Below, in pieces: positions 10,221 to 23,504 of a stretch of 32,000 nt of DNA. The translations under genes were made by a program, and so were the position numbers. A model generated the notes under the pieces. The model worked only from the letters and a program-made list of their open reading frames with translations. It did no database searches and was not told the DNA's origin. Each line of letters begins with the position of its first letter. The first letter of the stretch is position 1. This DNA comes from Candidatus Saccharimonadota bacterium (GTDB lineage Bacteria > Bacillota_I > Bacilli_A > Mycoplasmatales > Hepatoplasmataceae): positions 90,001-122,000 of the forward strand of contig NZ_CP006932.1 of NCBI RefSeq assembly GCF_000582535.1, in the 5' to 3' direction.

Positions 10221-10248
10221 TTAAAAATTAAATGAAAGTTTAATAATT

Positions 10249-10827
10249 ATGATTGATATTCGGAGTTTATTACAAGATAATTTAATAAATAAAGAAAGAT
10301 TATTATTAAAAAAATATAAATTATTAGGTTTAAAAGAACAAGAAGTTTTACTTGTAATTTCAATTTTAAATTTTGATTTAAGTGAAAATATTTCTCTTAA
10401 TAAAATAGCAAAAGGTTTAGATATATCAAAATCTGATGCTGATAATATTTTAACTTCATTGGTACAACAAAAATTAATTAAAATTGATTTAAAAGGAAGA
10501 GAAATTTCTTTTAATTTAAATAATTTGTGAGAAAGATTATTGAATCTTTATTATATTCCTAAAAATAATTCAACAAAAGAGGATAGGTATTATTGATTTA
10601 TTAAAAGAATGAATTTCACTAATGTTACATCTATTAAAGTTAAGTTTGAAAATTGAATAGATCAAAATTTATGAGGAAAAATTATTGAGACAATAGATAA
10701 ATTAGAAAAATTTAATTTTAATTTTTCTATTTCTTGAGAAGAATTTGAAAAAATAATAGAGGAAGATATTAAACCTCATAAAAAAGATATAAATCAAATA
10801 TTGCATACTAATTGACTAACTGAGTAA
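10249..10827 (+). CDS. dnaD: DnaD/DnaB_2-domain replication initiation / helicase-loading protein (putative)
   Basis: The N-terminal winged-helix-like segment is LLLKKYKLLGLKEQEVLLVISIL. The C-terminal part has an ENWIDQNLW...IIETID...INQILHTNW pattern resembling a DnaB_2/DnaD C-terminal domain. The ORF extends through 5 in-frame TGAs to TAA at 10825-10827. It neighbours recU, as dnaD does in Bacillus. Confidence 0.5.
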
Positions 10828-11293
10828 AAGAAGGGATAAATTCATTTAAATTTGTTTTTTGACCAATTTTTTTAATCATTTGAATGTTTATACTTTTTTT
10901 ATTATTGAATTCAATAAAGTTTAAATAGTCAAATATTTTTACAATTACTATAATGTTTTCTTCTTTTTTAATTCTAAATAAAATAAAAGATTCTCCCCCT
11001 AATTTCTTTATTTTTTGAAGTTGATTAATTTGATGTTGTTTTAATCTTCTTAATTCAAAACTATTTCCTGAAATGTCTTTTAATTCTAAAAGAATAAATT
11101 TTTTGTTTATTATTCCCGTAAAATCACAAAAAGCTTTTTGATAATAAACAATTTTCTCTTTCTTCTTAATTATTACTTTTTTTATTGGTGTTGGTGATTT
11201 AATGAAAAAACCATTTTCATTTTTATTAATTTCTTTTAATAATCTTTCAATTAACAATTCAAATTTTATATTTCTTATGTCTTCTTTGTTCAT
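10808..11293 (-). CDS. recU: Holliday junction resolvase RecU
   Basis: The translation is ...FIKSPTPIKKV...YQKAFCDFTGIINKKFILLELKDISGNSFELRRLKQHQINQL...GGESFILFRI. This matches the RecU core (KxPTPI, D..G, FExKxT, HQ, gG.aFlli). The 3' end overlaps the dnaD-like 3' end by 20 nt in convergent orientation. Confidence 0.65.
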   Translation of the reverse strand: MNKEDIRNIKFELLIERLLKEINKNENGFFIKSPTPIKKVIIKKKEKIVYYQKAFCDFTGIINKKFILLELKDISGNSFELRRLKQHQINQLQKIKKLGGESFILFRIKKEENIIVIVKIFDYLNFIEFNNKKSINIQMIKKIGQKTNLNEFIPSFTQLVN

Positions 11294-11342
11294 ATAATTA
11301 AATTAAAATAAATTACCTTATTTTCTTATTTTTTATTTATTT

Positions 11343-11350
11343 TGTATAAT
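11343..11350 (+). promoter_or_regulatory. extended -10 promoter element (TGTATAAT) for rnpB
   Basis: tgtataat ends about 6 nt before the first base of the predicted RNase P RNA P1 stem. Confidence 0.5.
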
Positions 11351-11354
11351 TATA

Positions 11355-11707
11355 TTGTTATCAACTGATCGCAGAGTATTTATTTAAATATTTTGAGGAA
11401 AGTCCATGCTAGCACTTACTGAGATGTAAGTAATGTTTGTGGAATAGGAAAAAATAACTATTCAAACAAGAGCAAACTTGTTATGGCAAATTTAAATCTA
11501 AGGTTTTTTAAATTATGATTTAAATTGTGGTGCCACAGAGACGAGCTTAAAAGAAATTTTAAGGTGAAACGAGGTAAACCCCACAAGCTAGAAACCTAAA
11601 TTATGGTAAGGGAACCAAAATAGGGAAATCAACCGATTTTTGGAATTAATGATAATTCATTAGTTAGATAAATGGTCAGATAAACAAAATATGGCTTACG
11701 ATAACAA
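11355..11707 (+). ncRNA. rnpB: RNase P RNA, type B (Firmicutes/Mollicutes type)
   Basis: Conserved blocks gaggaaagtccatgct, gtgccacagagacgag, ggtaaacccc, agaaacctaaattatggtaagggaacc and aaacaaaatatggcttacg are present. The P1 stem is formed by ttgttatc (11355-11362) and gataacaa (11700-11707). Confidence 0.93.
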
Positions 11708-11720
11708 AAAGCAAATTCTA

Positions 11721-11745
11721 AAAGCAGTTTAAACTGCTTTTTTTA
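11721..11745 (+). terminator. Rho-independent terminator after rnpB
   Basis: A perfect palindrome, aaagcagttt/aaactgcttt (11721-11740), runs into a T-tract. Confidence 0.7.
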
Positions 11746-11773
11746 TTTTAATTTTTTATATAATAAAAATGTT

Positions 11774-12280
11774 ATGTTTGCAATAATTTTTATAACTTTA
11801 TTTTTTCTGATAATAATAGTATTAGTAATTGTTGCTGTTTTTGGATCAAAAAAAGATAAGCAAAAACAGCAAATTGATCTAATGAAAAAAAAGAAGGATG
11901 ATAAAGTATCAAAAGAAAATTCAATTAAGGTAATTTTTAAACTCTATTTATTGGTAGATATCGTTTCAAAAGATCTTAAAAATTTTAAGCCTTCAATCGG
12001 AATAAAATCTATTGGTGATATTAATAATTCTGCTTTACAAGTTATAAAAAATTTATATAATTCTGAGGAAGTTAAAAAAATTTATTTAATTCCTGAAAGA
12101 GAAAATGAATTAAAACCAATACTTGAAGAATTAAAAAAGGTAAAACCAGCAAAATGAGAAGAACAAGCTTTTTTTTCTGTTAATGTAATAAGAAATAAAG
12201 CAGAATCCTTACTTCATAGTAATAAGAAAAATCAAAAATTATTTAAGGAAATAAAGCGTGAATTTAAATACTCCGAATAA
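11774..12280 (+). CDS. hypothetical membrane-anchored protein (N-terminal TM, Lys-rich cytoplasmic part)
   Basis: Listed ORF 11774..12157 continues through TGA 12155-12157 to TAA at 12278-12280. The N-terminal helix is FAIIFITLFFLIIIVLVIVAVFG. I recognise no family. Confidence 0.5.
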
Positions 12281-12872
12281 ATTAATAATTTTCAGATTTA
12301 TTTTAACTTTAATTATTATTATAATTCTTTCTTTTGTTCCTCTTTCATTAACAAACAATTTTTCTTTTTCAATAGGTTCAGATATTTATGTTAGTTGATT
12401 AAATGTGATTGCTCTTATTTTATTTATAATCGCATCATTTACTGATTATTTGGATGGATATCTTGCAAGAAAAAATAATCAAATTACTAATTTTGGTAAA
12501 TTTTTTGATCCCCTTGCTGATAAAGTTTTAATAAATTCAGTACTGGTATTTTTCGCTGCTTTTGAATATATTCCTATTTGAATCGTTGTTATTTTTATAA
12601 TTAGAGATATTATGGTTGATGGATTAAGAATGAATTTATCAACAAAAGGAAAAGTTCTTTCCGCAGATAAATTTGGAAAACTAAAAACTTTTTTTCAAAT
12701 GATTGGAATAATTGTTTTATTTATAATTCATTCTCAACCTACAAGTAATTATTGAGGTTATAATTATGATAGTTATTATGCATTTTCATTAATTCCAATT
12801 TTAATTGCACTTTATTTTTCAATTTATTCAGGAATTAAATATTATTATAATAATATTCAGGAGTTATTCTAA
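12258..12872 (+). CDS. pgsA: CDP-diacylglycerol--glycerol-3-phosphate 3-phosphatidyltransferase
   Basis: GTG start at 12258. The CDP-alcohol phosphatidyltransferase motif is [27 protein letters not shown]. The protein is multi-TM. It is missing from the ORF track because of in-frame TGAs. Confidence 0.9.
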
Positions 12873-13060
12873 TGGAAAATGAAAATAAAAAAAATCAATT
12901 GAAAATAGAAAATAATAACAAAAAGGATAATAATGGTAAAAGAATTATTACAGAAAAAGAAAGAAAAGAAAGAAAAAAATTTATATTATGAGGATTATTA
13001 TTTATTATAATATTGACTTTTCTTCTTACAACAATTAGTGAATTAATTCTTCTACTATAA
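12872..13060 (+). CDS. small hypothetical tail-anchored membrane protein (62 aa)
   Basis: A TAATG overlap links it to the pgsA stop. The translation is [18 protein letters not shown]...KERKKFILWGLLFIIILTFLLTTISELILLL. It fills the pgsA-cinA gap exactly. Confidence 0.4.
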
Positions 13061-13071
13061 ATTAAAATCAG

Positions 13072-13551
13072 ATGAAATTAAATGAAAAAACAATAAAAGA
13101 AATAATAAAAAAATTATTAAAACAAAAATTAACAATTTCTTTTGCAGAATCAATCACTGGTGGTAGTGCTGCTTTTAGTTTTGTTTCATTCTCTGGAGCA
13201 AGTAATTATTTTAATTCTTCTATTGTTGCTTATACTAATCAACAGAAAAATAAATTATTAAATGTAAATCCAGATACTTTATTTAAATACGGACCAGTTT
13301 CAAAAGAAGTAGCAAATGAAATGGCAGTTAATTTAAAATTAAAAACAACTTCTAATATTTGTATTTCATTTACAGGAAATGCAGGACCAATTATTCCTGA
13401 AAATGAAGAATTTGGATTAACTTATATTACAATCATAATTGATGATAATTTATATAATTTTAAATTTATCTCAAATAAAAAAGAAAGATCAGAGATAATT
13501 ATAGATACACTTAATTTTGCTTTTTTAAATTTAAATAATAAATTAAAATAA
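13072..13551 (+). CDS. pncC: CinA C-terminal domain protein / nicotinamide-nucleotide amidohydrolase PncC
   Basis: LTISFAESITGG, VAYTNQQKNKLLNV, GPVSKEVANEMA and ISFTGNAGP are present. It sits immediately upstream of recA, the classic cinA-recA arrangement. Confidence 0.85.
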   Translation: MKLNEKTIKEIIKKLLKQKLTISFAESITGGSAAFSFVSFSGASNYFNSSIVAYTNQQKNKLLNVNPDTLFKYGPVSKEVANEMAVNLKLKTTSNICISFTGNAGPIIPENEEFGLTYITIIIDDNLYNFKFISNKKERSEIIIDTLNFAFLNLNNKLK

Positions 13552-13586
13552 GAAAAATTTATTTAATTTTATAAATTTAACATAGT

Positions 13587-14567
13587 ATGAAAAATATCAA
13601 TCAAAATGAAATAAATTCTTTATTTAAGGAAATAGAAAAAGAATTTGGTAAAGGATCAATTTTAAATTTAGATAAATCAAACAATTATGATATTCTAACA
13701 ATTTCAACTGGATCTTATTTATTAGATGAGGCCATTGGGGTTGGTGGTTATCCTAAAGGAAGAATAATTGAAATTTATGGTCCAGAATCATCAGGAAAAA
13801 CAACACTTGCATTACTTGCGATAGCAGAGGCACAAAAAGAAAAAGGAAAATATGCTGCTTTTATTGATGCTGAACATTCTCTTGATGTAAGTTATGCAAG
13901 CAAACTTGGTGTTAATCTTGAAAAAATTGCAATATCTCAACCAGATTCAGGAGAGCAAGGACTTGAAATTGCGGAAAAATTGATTGCATCAGGACTTATA
14001 AATATTTTAATAATTGATAGTGTTGCTGCTCTTACACCAATTGCAGAAATAGAAGGATCAATGGAAGAAGTTACTATTGGAGCACAAGCAAGATTAATGT
14101 CTAAATCTTTAAGGAAATTATCTGGTCTTATAAATAAAAATGAAACAGTTGTTATTTTTATAAATCAAATAAGAGAAAAAGTTGGTAATTTTTATGGAAA
14201 TAAAGAAATAACTCCTGGTGGAAAAGCTTTAAAATTTTTTTCAACAATTCGTTTTAATATTAGAATGATTGAAAAAATAAAAGATAAAAATAATTTTATT
14301 GGTCAAGTAACAAATGTAAAAATAATTAAAAATAAAGTTTCTTCTCCTTATAAAGAAGCAAAAATTAACATTTATTATAATAAGGGAATTGATAAAAATC
14401 GAGAAATATTAAATTTGGCTTTAAAAAGAAATATTTTGAATCTTAAAGGATCTTGAGTTTATTATAAAAATGAAAAAATAGCCCAAGGAAAAGATTTAGC
14501 TTTAGAAATACTAATTAAAGAAAATAAAATGGAATCCTTATTAAAAGAAATTTTTAATAAGGATTAA
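13587..14567 (+). CDS. recA: recombinase RecA
   Basis: KEFGKGSI, GGYPKGRIIEIYGPESSGKTTLAL (Walker A), FIDAEHSLD, IIDSVAAL, GAQARLMSKSLRKL, FINQIREKVG and TPGGKALKFFSTIR are present. The ORF continues through TGA 14454-14456 to TAA at 14565-14567. Confidence 0.97.
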
Positions 14568-14599
14568 TCATTTAATTTAATTTTATAATATTAATTGAT

Positions 14600-15379
14600 A
14601 TGAAAATTTTAATAATAGGCGATATATTTGGCCAAATTGGAAAAAAAATAATTAAAGATCATTTATCAGATTATAAAAAGAAATTAAAAACGGATGTAAT
14701 AATTGCTAACGGCGAAAATGTTTCAATCGGCGGTAAATCTCTTGTAAAAAAAGATTATAAATTTTTAATGGATTGTGGAGTTGATTATTTTACAATGGGT
14801 AATCATACATTTCATAATAAAGAAATTAATGATTATATTGATAATATAAATAATCTTGTAAGACCAGCGAATTATAAAAATAAAGTTAAAGGTCGAGGCT
14901 ATTTAACTTTTGAAATTAAAAATAAAAAAATATTGCTAATGAATTTATTGGGAGTAAATTTTATTAACATACCTGTCAATAATCCTTTTTTAATTGCAGA
15001 TGAAATTTTAAATGATAATTTTTATGATATTTCAATTTTAGATTTTCATGCTGAAACAACATCAGAAAAAAAAGTTTTATCAAATTATTTAAAAGACAAG
15101 GTTAATATTTTTTATGGAACACATACACATATTCAAACATCTGATCTTGCGATATTAGATAATAAAATGGTTTATATTACTGATGTGGGAATGACAGGAA
15201 TAAGGGATTCTGCAATTGGTGTAAGATTTGAAGAAGTGACAAAATTTCTTAAAAATGGAACAAAAGAAAAATTCAAGGAAGCAACAAAAGGTTTAAAAAT
15301 TTTTAATGCAATTTTTATAGAGATTGATGATAAAACAAACAAGCCAATTATAGTAAAAAGAATTTCTGATATTTTTTAA
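14600..15379 (+). CDS. ymdB: YmdB-family metallophosphoesterase (2',3'-cyclic-nucleotide 2'-phosphodiesterase)
   Basis: MKILIIGDIFGQIG, IANGENVSIG, FTMGNHTFHNKEI, DFHAETTSEK, GTHTHIQTSD and DVGMTG are present. Confidence 0.85.
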   Translation: MKILIIGDIFGQIGKKIIKDHLSDYKKKLKTDVIIANGENVSIGGKSLVKKDYKFLMDCGVDYFTMGNHTFHNKEINDYIDNINNLVRPANYKNKVKGRGYLTFEIKNKKILLMNLLGVNFINIPVNNPFLIADEILNDNFYDISILDFHAETTSEKKVLSNYLKDKVNIFYGTHTHIQTSDLAILDNKMVYITDVGMTGIRDSAIGVRFEEVTKFLKNGTKEKFKEATKGLKIFNAIFIEIDDKTNKPIIVKRISDIF

Positions 15380-15406
15380 TATTTTAGATAATATTTTTTT
15401 ATTTAA

Positions 15407-15414
15407 TGTATAAT
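15407..15414 (+). promoter_or_regulatory. candidate rrn promoter P1 (extended -10, TGTATAAT)
   Basis: The motif tgtataat lies in the 200-nt gap between ymdB and the 16S gene. Confidence 0.4.
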
Positions 15415-15509
15415 GAGAATGCGAGTTTTTTAAGTTAGTATTTTTTAATTTCTCTATTTTATTAATAAATAAAATAAATTTAAAAAAAATTAATTTTTTG
15501 TAATAAATT

Positions 15510-15518
15510 TGCTATAAT
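15510..15518 (+). promoter_or_regulatory. candidate rrn promoter P2 (extended -10, TGCTATAAT)
   Basis: The motif tgctataat lies about 65 nt upstream of the mature 16S 5' end. Confidence 0.45.
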
Positions 15519-15555
15519 AATAGTTGCCGTTAACTCGGTAATTATTGTAAAATAA

Positions 15556-15578
15556 TTCTTTGAAAACTAAATAGAACC
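15556..15578 (+). promoter_or_regulatory. rrn leader boxA-like element and 5' half of the 16S processing stem
   Basis: ttctttgaaaactaa resembles the Firmicutes rrn leader/spacer box (CTTTGAAAACTA). aaaactaaatagaacc (15563-15578) is perfectly complementary to ggttctatttagtttt (17159-17174), just 3' of the 16S gene. Confidence 0.6.
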
Positions 15579-15582
15579 AGCA

Positions 15583-17122
<1,540 letters not shown>

Positions 17123-17203
17123 TGGATATAGAAATACAAAACTTTTTTTAACAATTAGGTTCTATTTAGTTTTGAGAGGATTATTAATCGTCTCAAATAT
17201 TAG

Positions 17204-17225
17204 CTCTTTGAAAACTATATAATTT
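17204..17225 (+). promoter_or_regulatory. spacer boxA-like element and 5' half of the 23S processing stem
   Basis: The element is gctctttgaaaactatataatt. aaaactatataatt (17212-17225) is perfectly complementary to aattatatagtttt (20308-20321), 3' of the 23S gene. Confidence 0.6.
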
Positions 17226-17317
17226 GTCAAATATTAATTAAAATAAGATTTTAATTAGGATATTCTAAATATAAAATATTAAGCGCAAAAGAAGCATTCA
17301 TGTTTTTTAATAATAAT

Positions 17318-20252
<2,935 letters not shown>

Positions 20253-20387
20253 ATTTTAAGCTTAAATTTATATTTCCTAACTTTAACTTATTTTAATTTT
20301 TATCGATAATTATATAGTTTTGAGAGTGCTAGTATTCTCTTTATCTCATCGAGAATTATGATTGTAAAATATTTTATAATTATAATT

Positions 20388-20494
20388 GTCGGTGGCGATA
20401 ATACTAAGGAAACACCTGATACCATTCCGAACTCAGAAGTTAAGCTTAGAGATGCCGAAGGTAGTCGCAAGGCGAGAATAGGAAACTGCCGACT
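20388..20494 (+). rRNA. rrf: 5S ribosomal RNA
   Basis: The sequence is tgtcggtggcgata...ccgaactcagaagttaagc...gaataggaaactgccgac, with the terminal helix tgtcggtgg/ctgccgac. Confidence 0.93.
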
Positions 20495-20520
20495 TAATCA
20501 AGAAATTGATCTAAGTTAAA

Positions 20521-20551
20521 AGTACCATATATTAATATATGGTACTTTTTC
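20521..20551 (+). terminator. Rho-independent terminator of the rrn operon
   Basis: A 26-nt perfect palindrome, agtaccatatatt/aatatatggtact (20521-20546), is followed by a T-run. Confidence 0.75.
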
Positions 20552-20620
20552 TTTTTACAAAATTTAATTACAAAAAATATATAATAAATTTAATTAAAAT
20601 TATTAAAAAAAGGGATTATT

Positions 20621-21214
20621 GTGGGTACATTTTTAATTATTATATTAATTTTTTCTTTAGTTTTATTTTTTGTTTTTTTCATAATATATAGTATAAAAAA
20701 AAGCAATGAAGAATATGAAAAAAAGCATTTGAAACAAGCGCAAATTAATTATGAAGTTAAATTTAATAATAATTTTAAACATTCAAAAGATAGTTTTTTA
20801 TACTTAGCAAATCAAACAGAAGAAATAACTAAAACTTGAGATAATGTAAAAGATACAAAAAATCAACGAAAATTAGAACAATCAAGTGGAATATATGCTA
20901 TTTATGTTAATACAGAAGATATAAAGGAAATAATTCCTATATATGTAGGTCAAGCAAGAGACATATTTAAAAGATGAAAACAACACCAAAATCAAATTGA
21001 AAAAATAATTAAAGAAAATTCTAATACAAGAACATATAAAAAAATAGTTCATTATTTAAATGTTCATAATCTAAAAATTCAAGATTTAAATTTTTGTGTT
21101 TTAGAAAAGTGTAATGAAATTGAACTTAATGAAAGAGAAATGTTTTATATAAATCTATATAATAGTGATATTTATGGATTCAACCAGACAAAAGGTAATA
21201 AGAATTATTTTTAA
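20621..21214 (+). CDS. GIY-YIG nuclease-domain protein with an N-terminal transmembrane anchor
   Basis: GTG start at 20621, preceded by aaaggga. The TM helix is FLIIILIFSLVLFFVFFIIYSI, followed by KK. Listed ORF 20621..20839 continues through TGA. The domain reads SGIYAIYV(x11)IYVGQARDIFKRWKQH...NEREMFYINLYNSDIYGFN, giving the GIY, YVG, Arg, Glu and Asn positions of I-TevI/Seg-type GIY-YIG domains. Confidence 0.7.
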
Positions 21215-21271
21215 AATTATATAATTTCATTAATAAAAGTTTCAAAAATAAAAAGATGAATAAGAGTAATT

Positions 21272-22195
21272 ATGAAAAATACGAAGAAATTAGATATATT
21301 AAATGGGAAAAATATTAATTTTAATAAGGATAAGAAAGATTTAAAAGAAGATGATAATAATTTTTGGAAAAAATTTTTTAAAAAGAAATTTATAATTATT
21401 TATACTTTAATTTTTATAATGATAATTATTATTATTTCATTATTATTAACACTTACAAATAAAAATAAAACCAATTTAAATTCATTTTATGAATATGGAT
21501 CAGATTGTTCTTATATTACTAATTATTCAGAAGAATATGTTGGTTATGGAAGAATAGGATTAGAAATATGTTTTGAACTTGATCCTGAATATGTAGCAAA
21601 TGATTATATTTCTATATATGAAATACCAAACAATCCTAATCAAGAAGAAATTTATATAAAAGATTATCCTTTAGAATATACAATCTATGATGATGGATTA
21701 TATCCTAATGGTTTATATAATACTTATCAATATGTTCCATACAATATGAGTGATCATAATAAAAATTATTCTATACAAGTTGATATTAATGATAAAGAAA
21801 CAGGAGATTATGTTTCAACAATAGAAATTGAAAAATTGACTTTATATAATAATCGTAAGCCGAATGGGTTTTCAATTAAAAATGTAAAAGATTATGGAGA
21901 TTGTTATATGGAATATGAAATTTTTTATCCAGAAGGTAGCGGAAGAATAGAAGAAGTTTATCTTGAAGATGAATTAGGAAATATTTTAAGTACAAGTAAA
22001 CCAATAACATCAGATTTTTTTCATTATGATTATCATGGAATTTTATATTTACCACCAAATTACACTTCTTCTGCACAAAATTATAAGATTTATGCAAAAT
22101 ATAGTCATAATATTACTCCATATGGAAAAATAGAACAAGAATATCAAATTTTACTTGATGATCAAATTACAGTTCTTCCTTTTGATTATAATTAA
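21272..22195 (+). CDS. hypothetical type II membrane / surface protein with a Tyr-rich ectodomain
   Basis: The layout is a Lys-rich N-terminus, one TM (IIIYTLIFIMIIIIISLLLTLT), then about 240 aa with roughly 15% Tyr by my count. I recognise no family. Confidence 0.6.
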   Translation: MKNTKKLDILNGKNINFNKDKKDLKEDDNNFWKKFFKKKFIIIYTLIFIMIIIIISLLLTLTNKNKTNLNSFYEYGSDCSYITNYSEEYVGYGRIGLEICFELDPEYVANDYISIYEIPNNPNQEEIYIKDYPLEYTIYDDGLYPNGLYNTYQYVPYNMSDHNKNYSIQVDINDKETGDYVSTIEIEKLTLYNNRKPNGFSIKNVKDYGDCYMEYEIFYPEGSGRIEEVYLEDELGNILSTSKPITSDFFHYDYHGILYLPPNYTSSAQNYKIYAKYSHNITPYGKIEQEYQILLDDQITVLPFDYN

Positions 22196-22226
22196 AAATA
22201 TTACTATGTATTTATGATTTTAATTA

Positions 22227-23504
22227 TTAAATGATATTTACTTCAAATTTTCAATTATTTTCAATATCCTTTTTCACTTTAATTGCTATTTTATTTGTAT
22301 GTAAGAAATCATTTTTTTCTAAATATTTATTGATATCATTATTTTTCAAATTAAAAGTTTTACTTATTCATTGTATAAAAGTAAGATTAATATCTCTTGG
22401 ATGAAATCCAAAAGCACTAAAATATTTCTCGGCAATATCAACTATTTTAGATCATGAACTTATTTCAATTGAATTAAAATTTAAATCATAGATACCTTTT
22501 ATTTCTACATCATCTTCATCATAAATTTTTCCGATTAATTGCTCAATAATATCATTCATTGTAATTATACCAATTGGGATTTTATGATTACTATTTTCTG
22601 TTACTATTACCATACCCGTTCTTTTTATTTTTAAAAGATCAAATAAACTATCAATTTTTGTTTTTTTAGTAGCAAAAATGGGTTTAAAAATAGACTTTTT
22701 AAAATTATTATGATAATTAGATGGATCATTTCCTTGATAAATAAAAAAGAATTTTATATTAAATATTCCCACTATTTCATTATTTTTATCTATTACAGGA
22801 AGTCTTGAGTAACTATTTTTTGAAATTATTTTTAATAGATCATCTAATAAAATATTATTTTTAATATATACAGTAGATTCAAAATTATGCATAATACTGT
22901 ATGCATATTTTCTATCAAAAGCAAGAGAATTAATTATAAATTCATTTTCATTTGGATTTATAATCTTTTTCTTTTTGCTTTCATTTATTACTTCTTCTAG
23001 TTCATCTTCATTTTTAATAATAATATCTTCTTTCTCTTTTATGATCTTTGCAATTAAAAAAGTAATTGGATAAAGTATTTTATAAATAATTAATAATAAT
23101 AAAGATAATTTCATCGCACCTTTTTCTGGATTTTTTTTAGCAAGTAATTTAGGTAATATTTCCCCAAAAGAGATTAAAAATAAAGCCATTAAAATTGAAG
23201 AAATAAGTAACCCTATGTATCCAAAAATTTCATTAAATAAAGCAGCTGCAATTGTAGTTGATAATATATTCATAATATTATCTGTAATAATTATGCTAGT
23301 AGATGTTTTATTATAATGTTCTCTTAAATATAAGATTCTATTTGCTTTTTTAATTTCCTTTTTATTTTCTGAAGTTTTTGTTATTGTTTTTATTCTGATT
23401 TTATTTAAATTAGCAAGTGCTATTTCTCCATAAGAAAAAATAAAACTTGCTCCAATAAGTAATACTAAAACTATAAATAGTATTATATATGTAAAATTTT
23501 GCAT
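22227..23504 (-). CDS. CNNM/CorC/TlyC-family protein (DUF21 membrane domain, CBS pair, CorC_HlyC domain), often annotated hemolysin C in mycoplasmas
   Basis: The N-terminal DUF21-like multi-TM region contains FSYGEIALANLNKIRIK...FGEILPKLLAKKNPEK. A CBS pair follows (SRLPVIDKNNEIVGIF..., GMVIVTENSNHKIPIGIITMNDIIEQL). The listed ORF ends at a TGA at 22452-22454 and continues under code 4 through the CorC_HlyC-like tail to TAA at 22227-22229. Confidence 0.8.

Noticed and set aside
17123-17317. Looked for tRNA-Ile or tRNA-Ala genes in the 16S-23S spacer, and for tRNAs after the 5S gene.
   Set aside because: No cloverleaf-compatible sequence is present, and there are no GTTCGAATC-like T-arm or acceptor pairings. 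The spacer contains only boxA-like and processing-stem sequence.
20375-20386. A tandem TATAAT-TATAAT immediately upstream of the 5S rRNA, considered as an internal promoter.
   Set aside because: The 5S rRNA is normally matured from the operon precursor. TATAAT strings are expected by chance at this composition, and there is no TG extension as seen at the other candidate promoters.
20621-21214. The GIY-YIG gene as an intron-encoded homing endonuclease of a group I intron in the rRNA genes.
   Set aside because: The 23S sequence is collinear with uninterrupted bacterial 23S. The gene lies beyond the 5S gene and a strong terminator, and I see no flanking intron-like structure or duplicated exon sequence.
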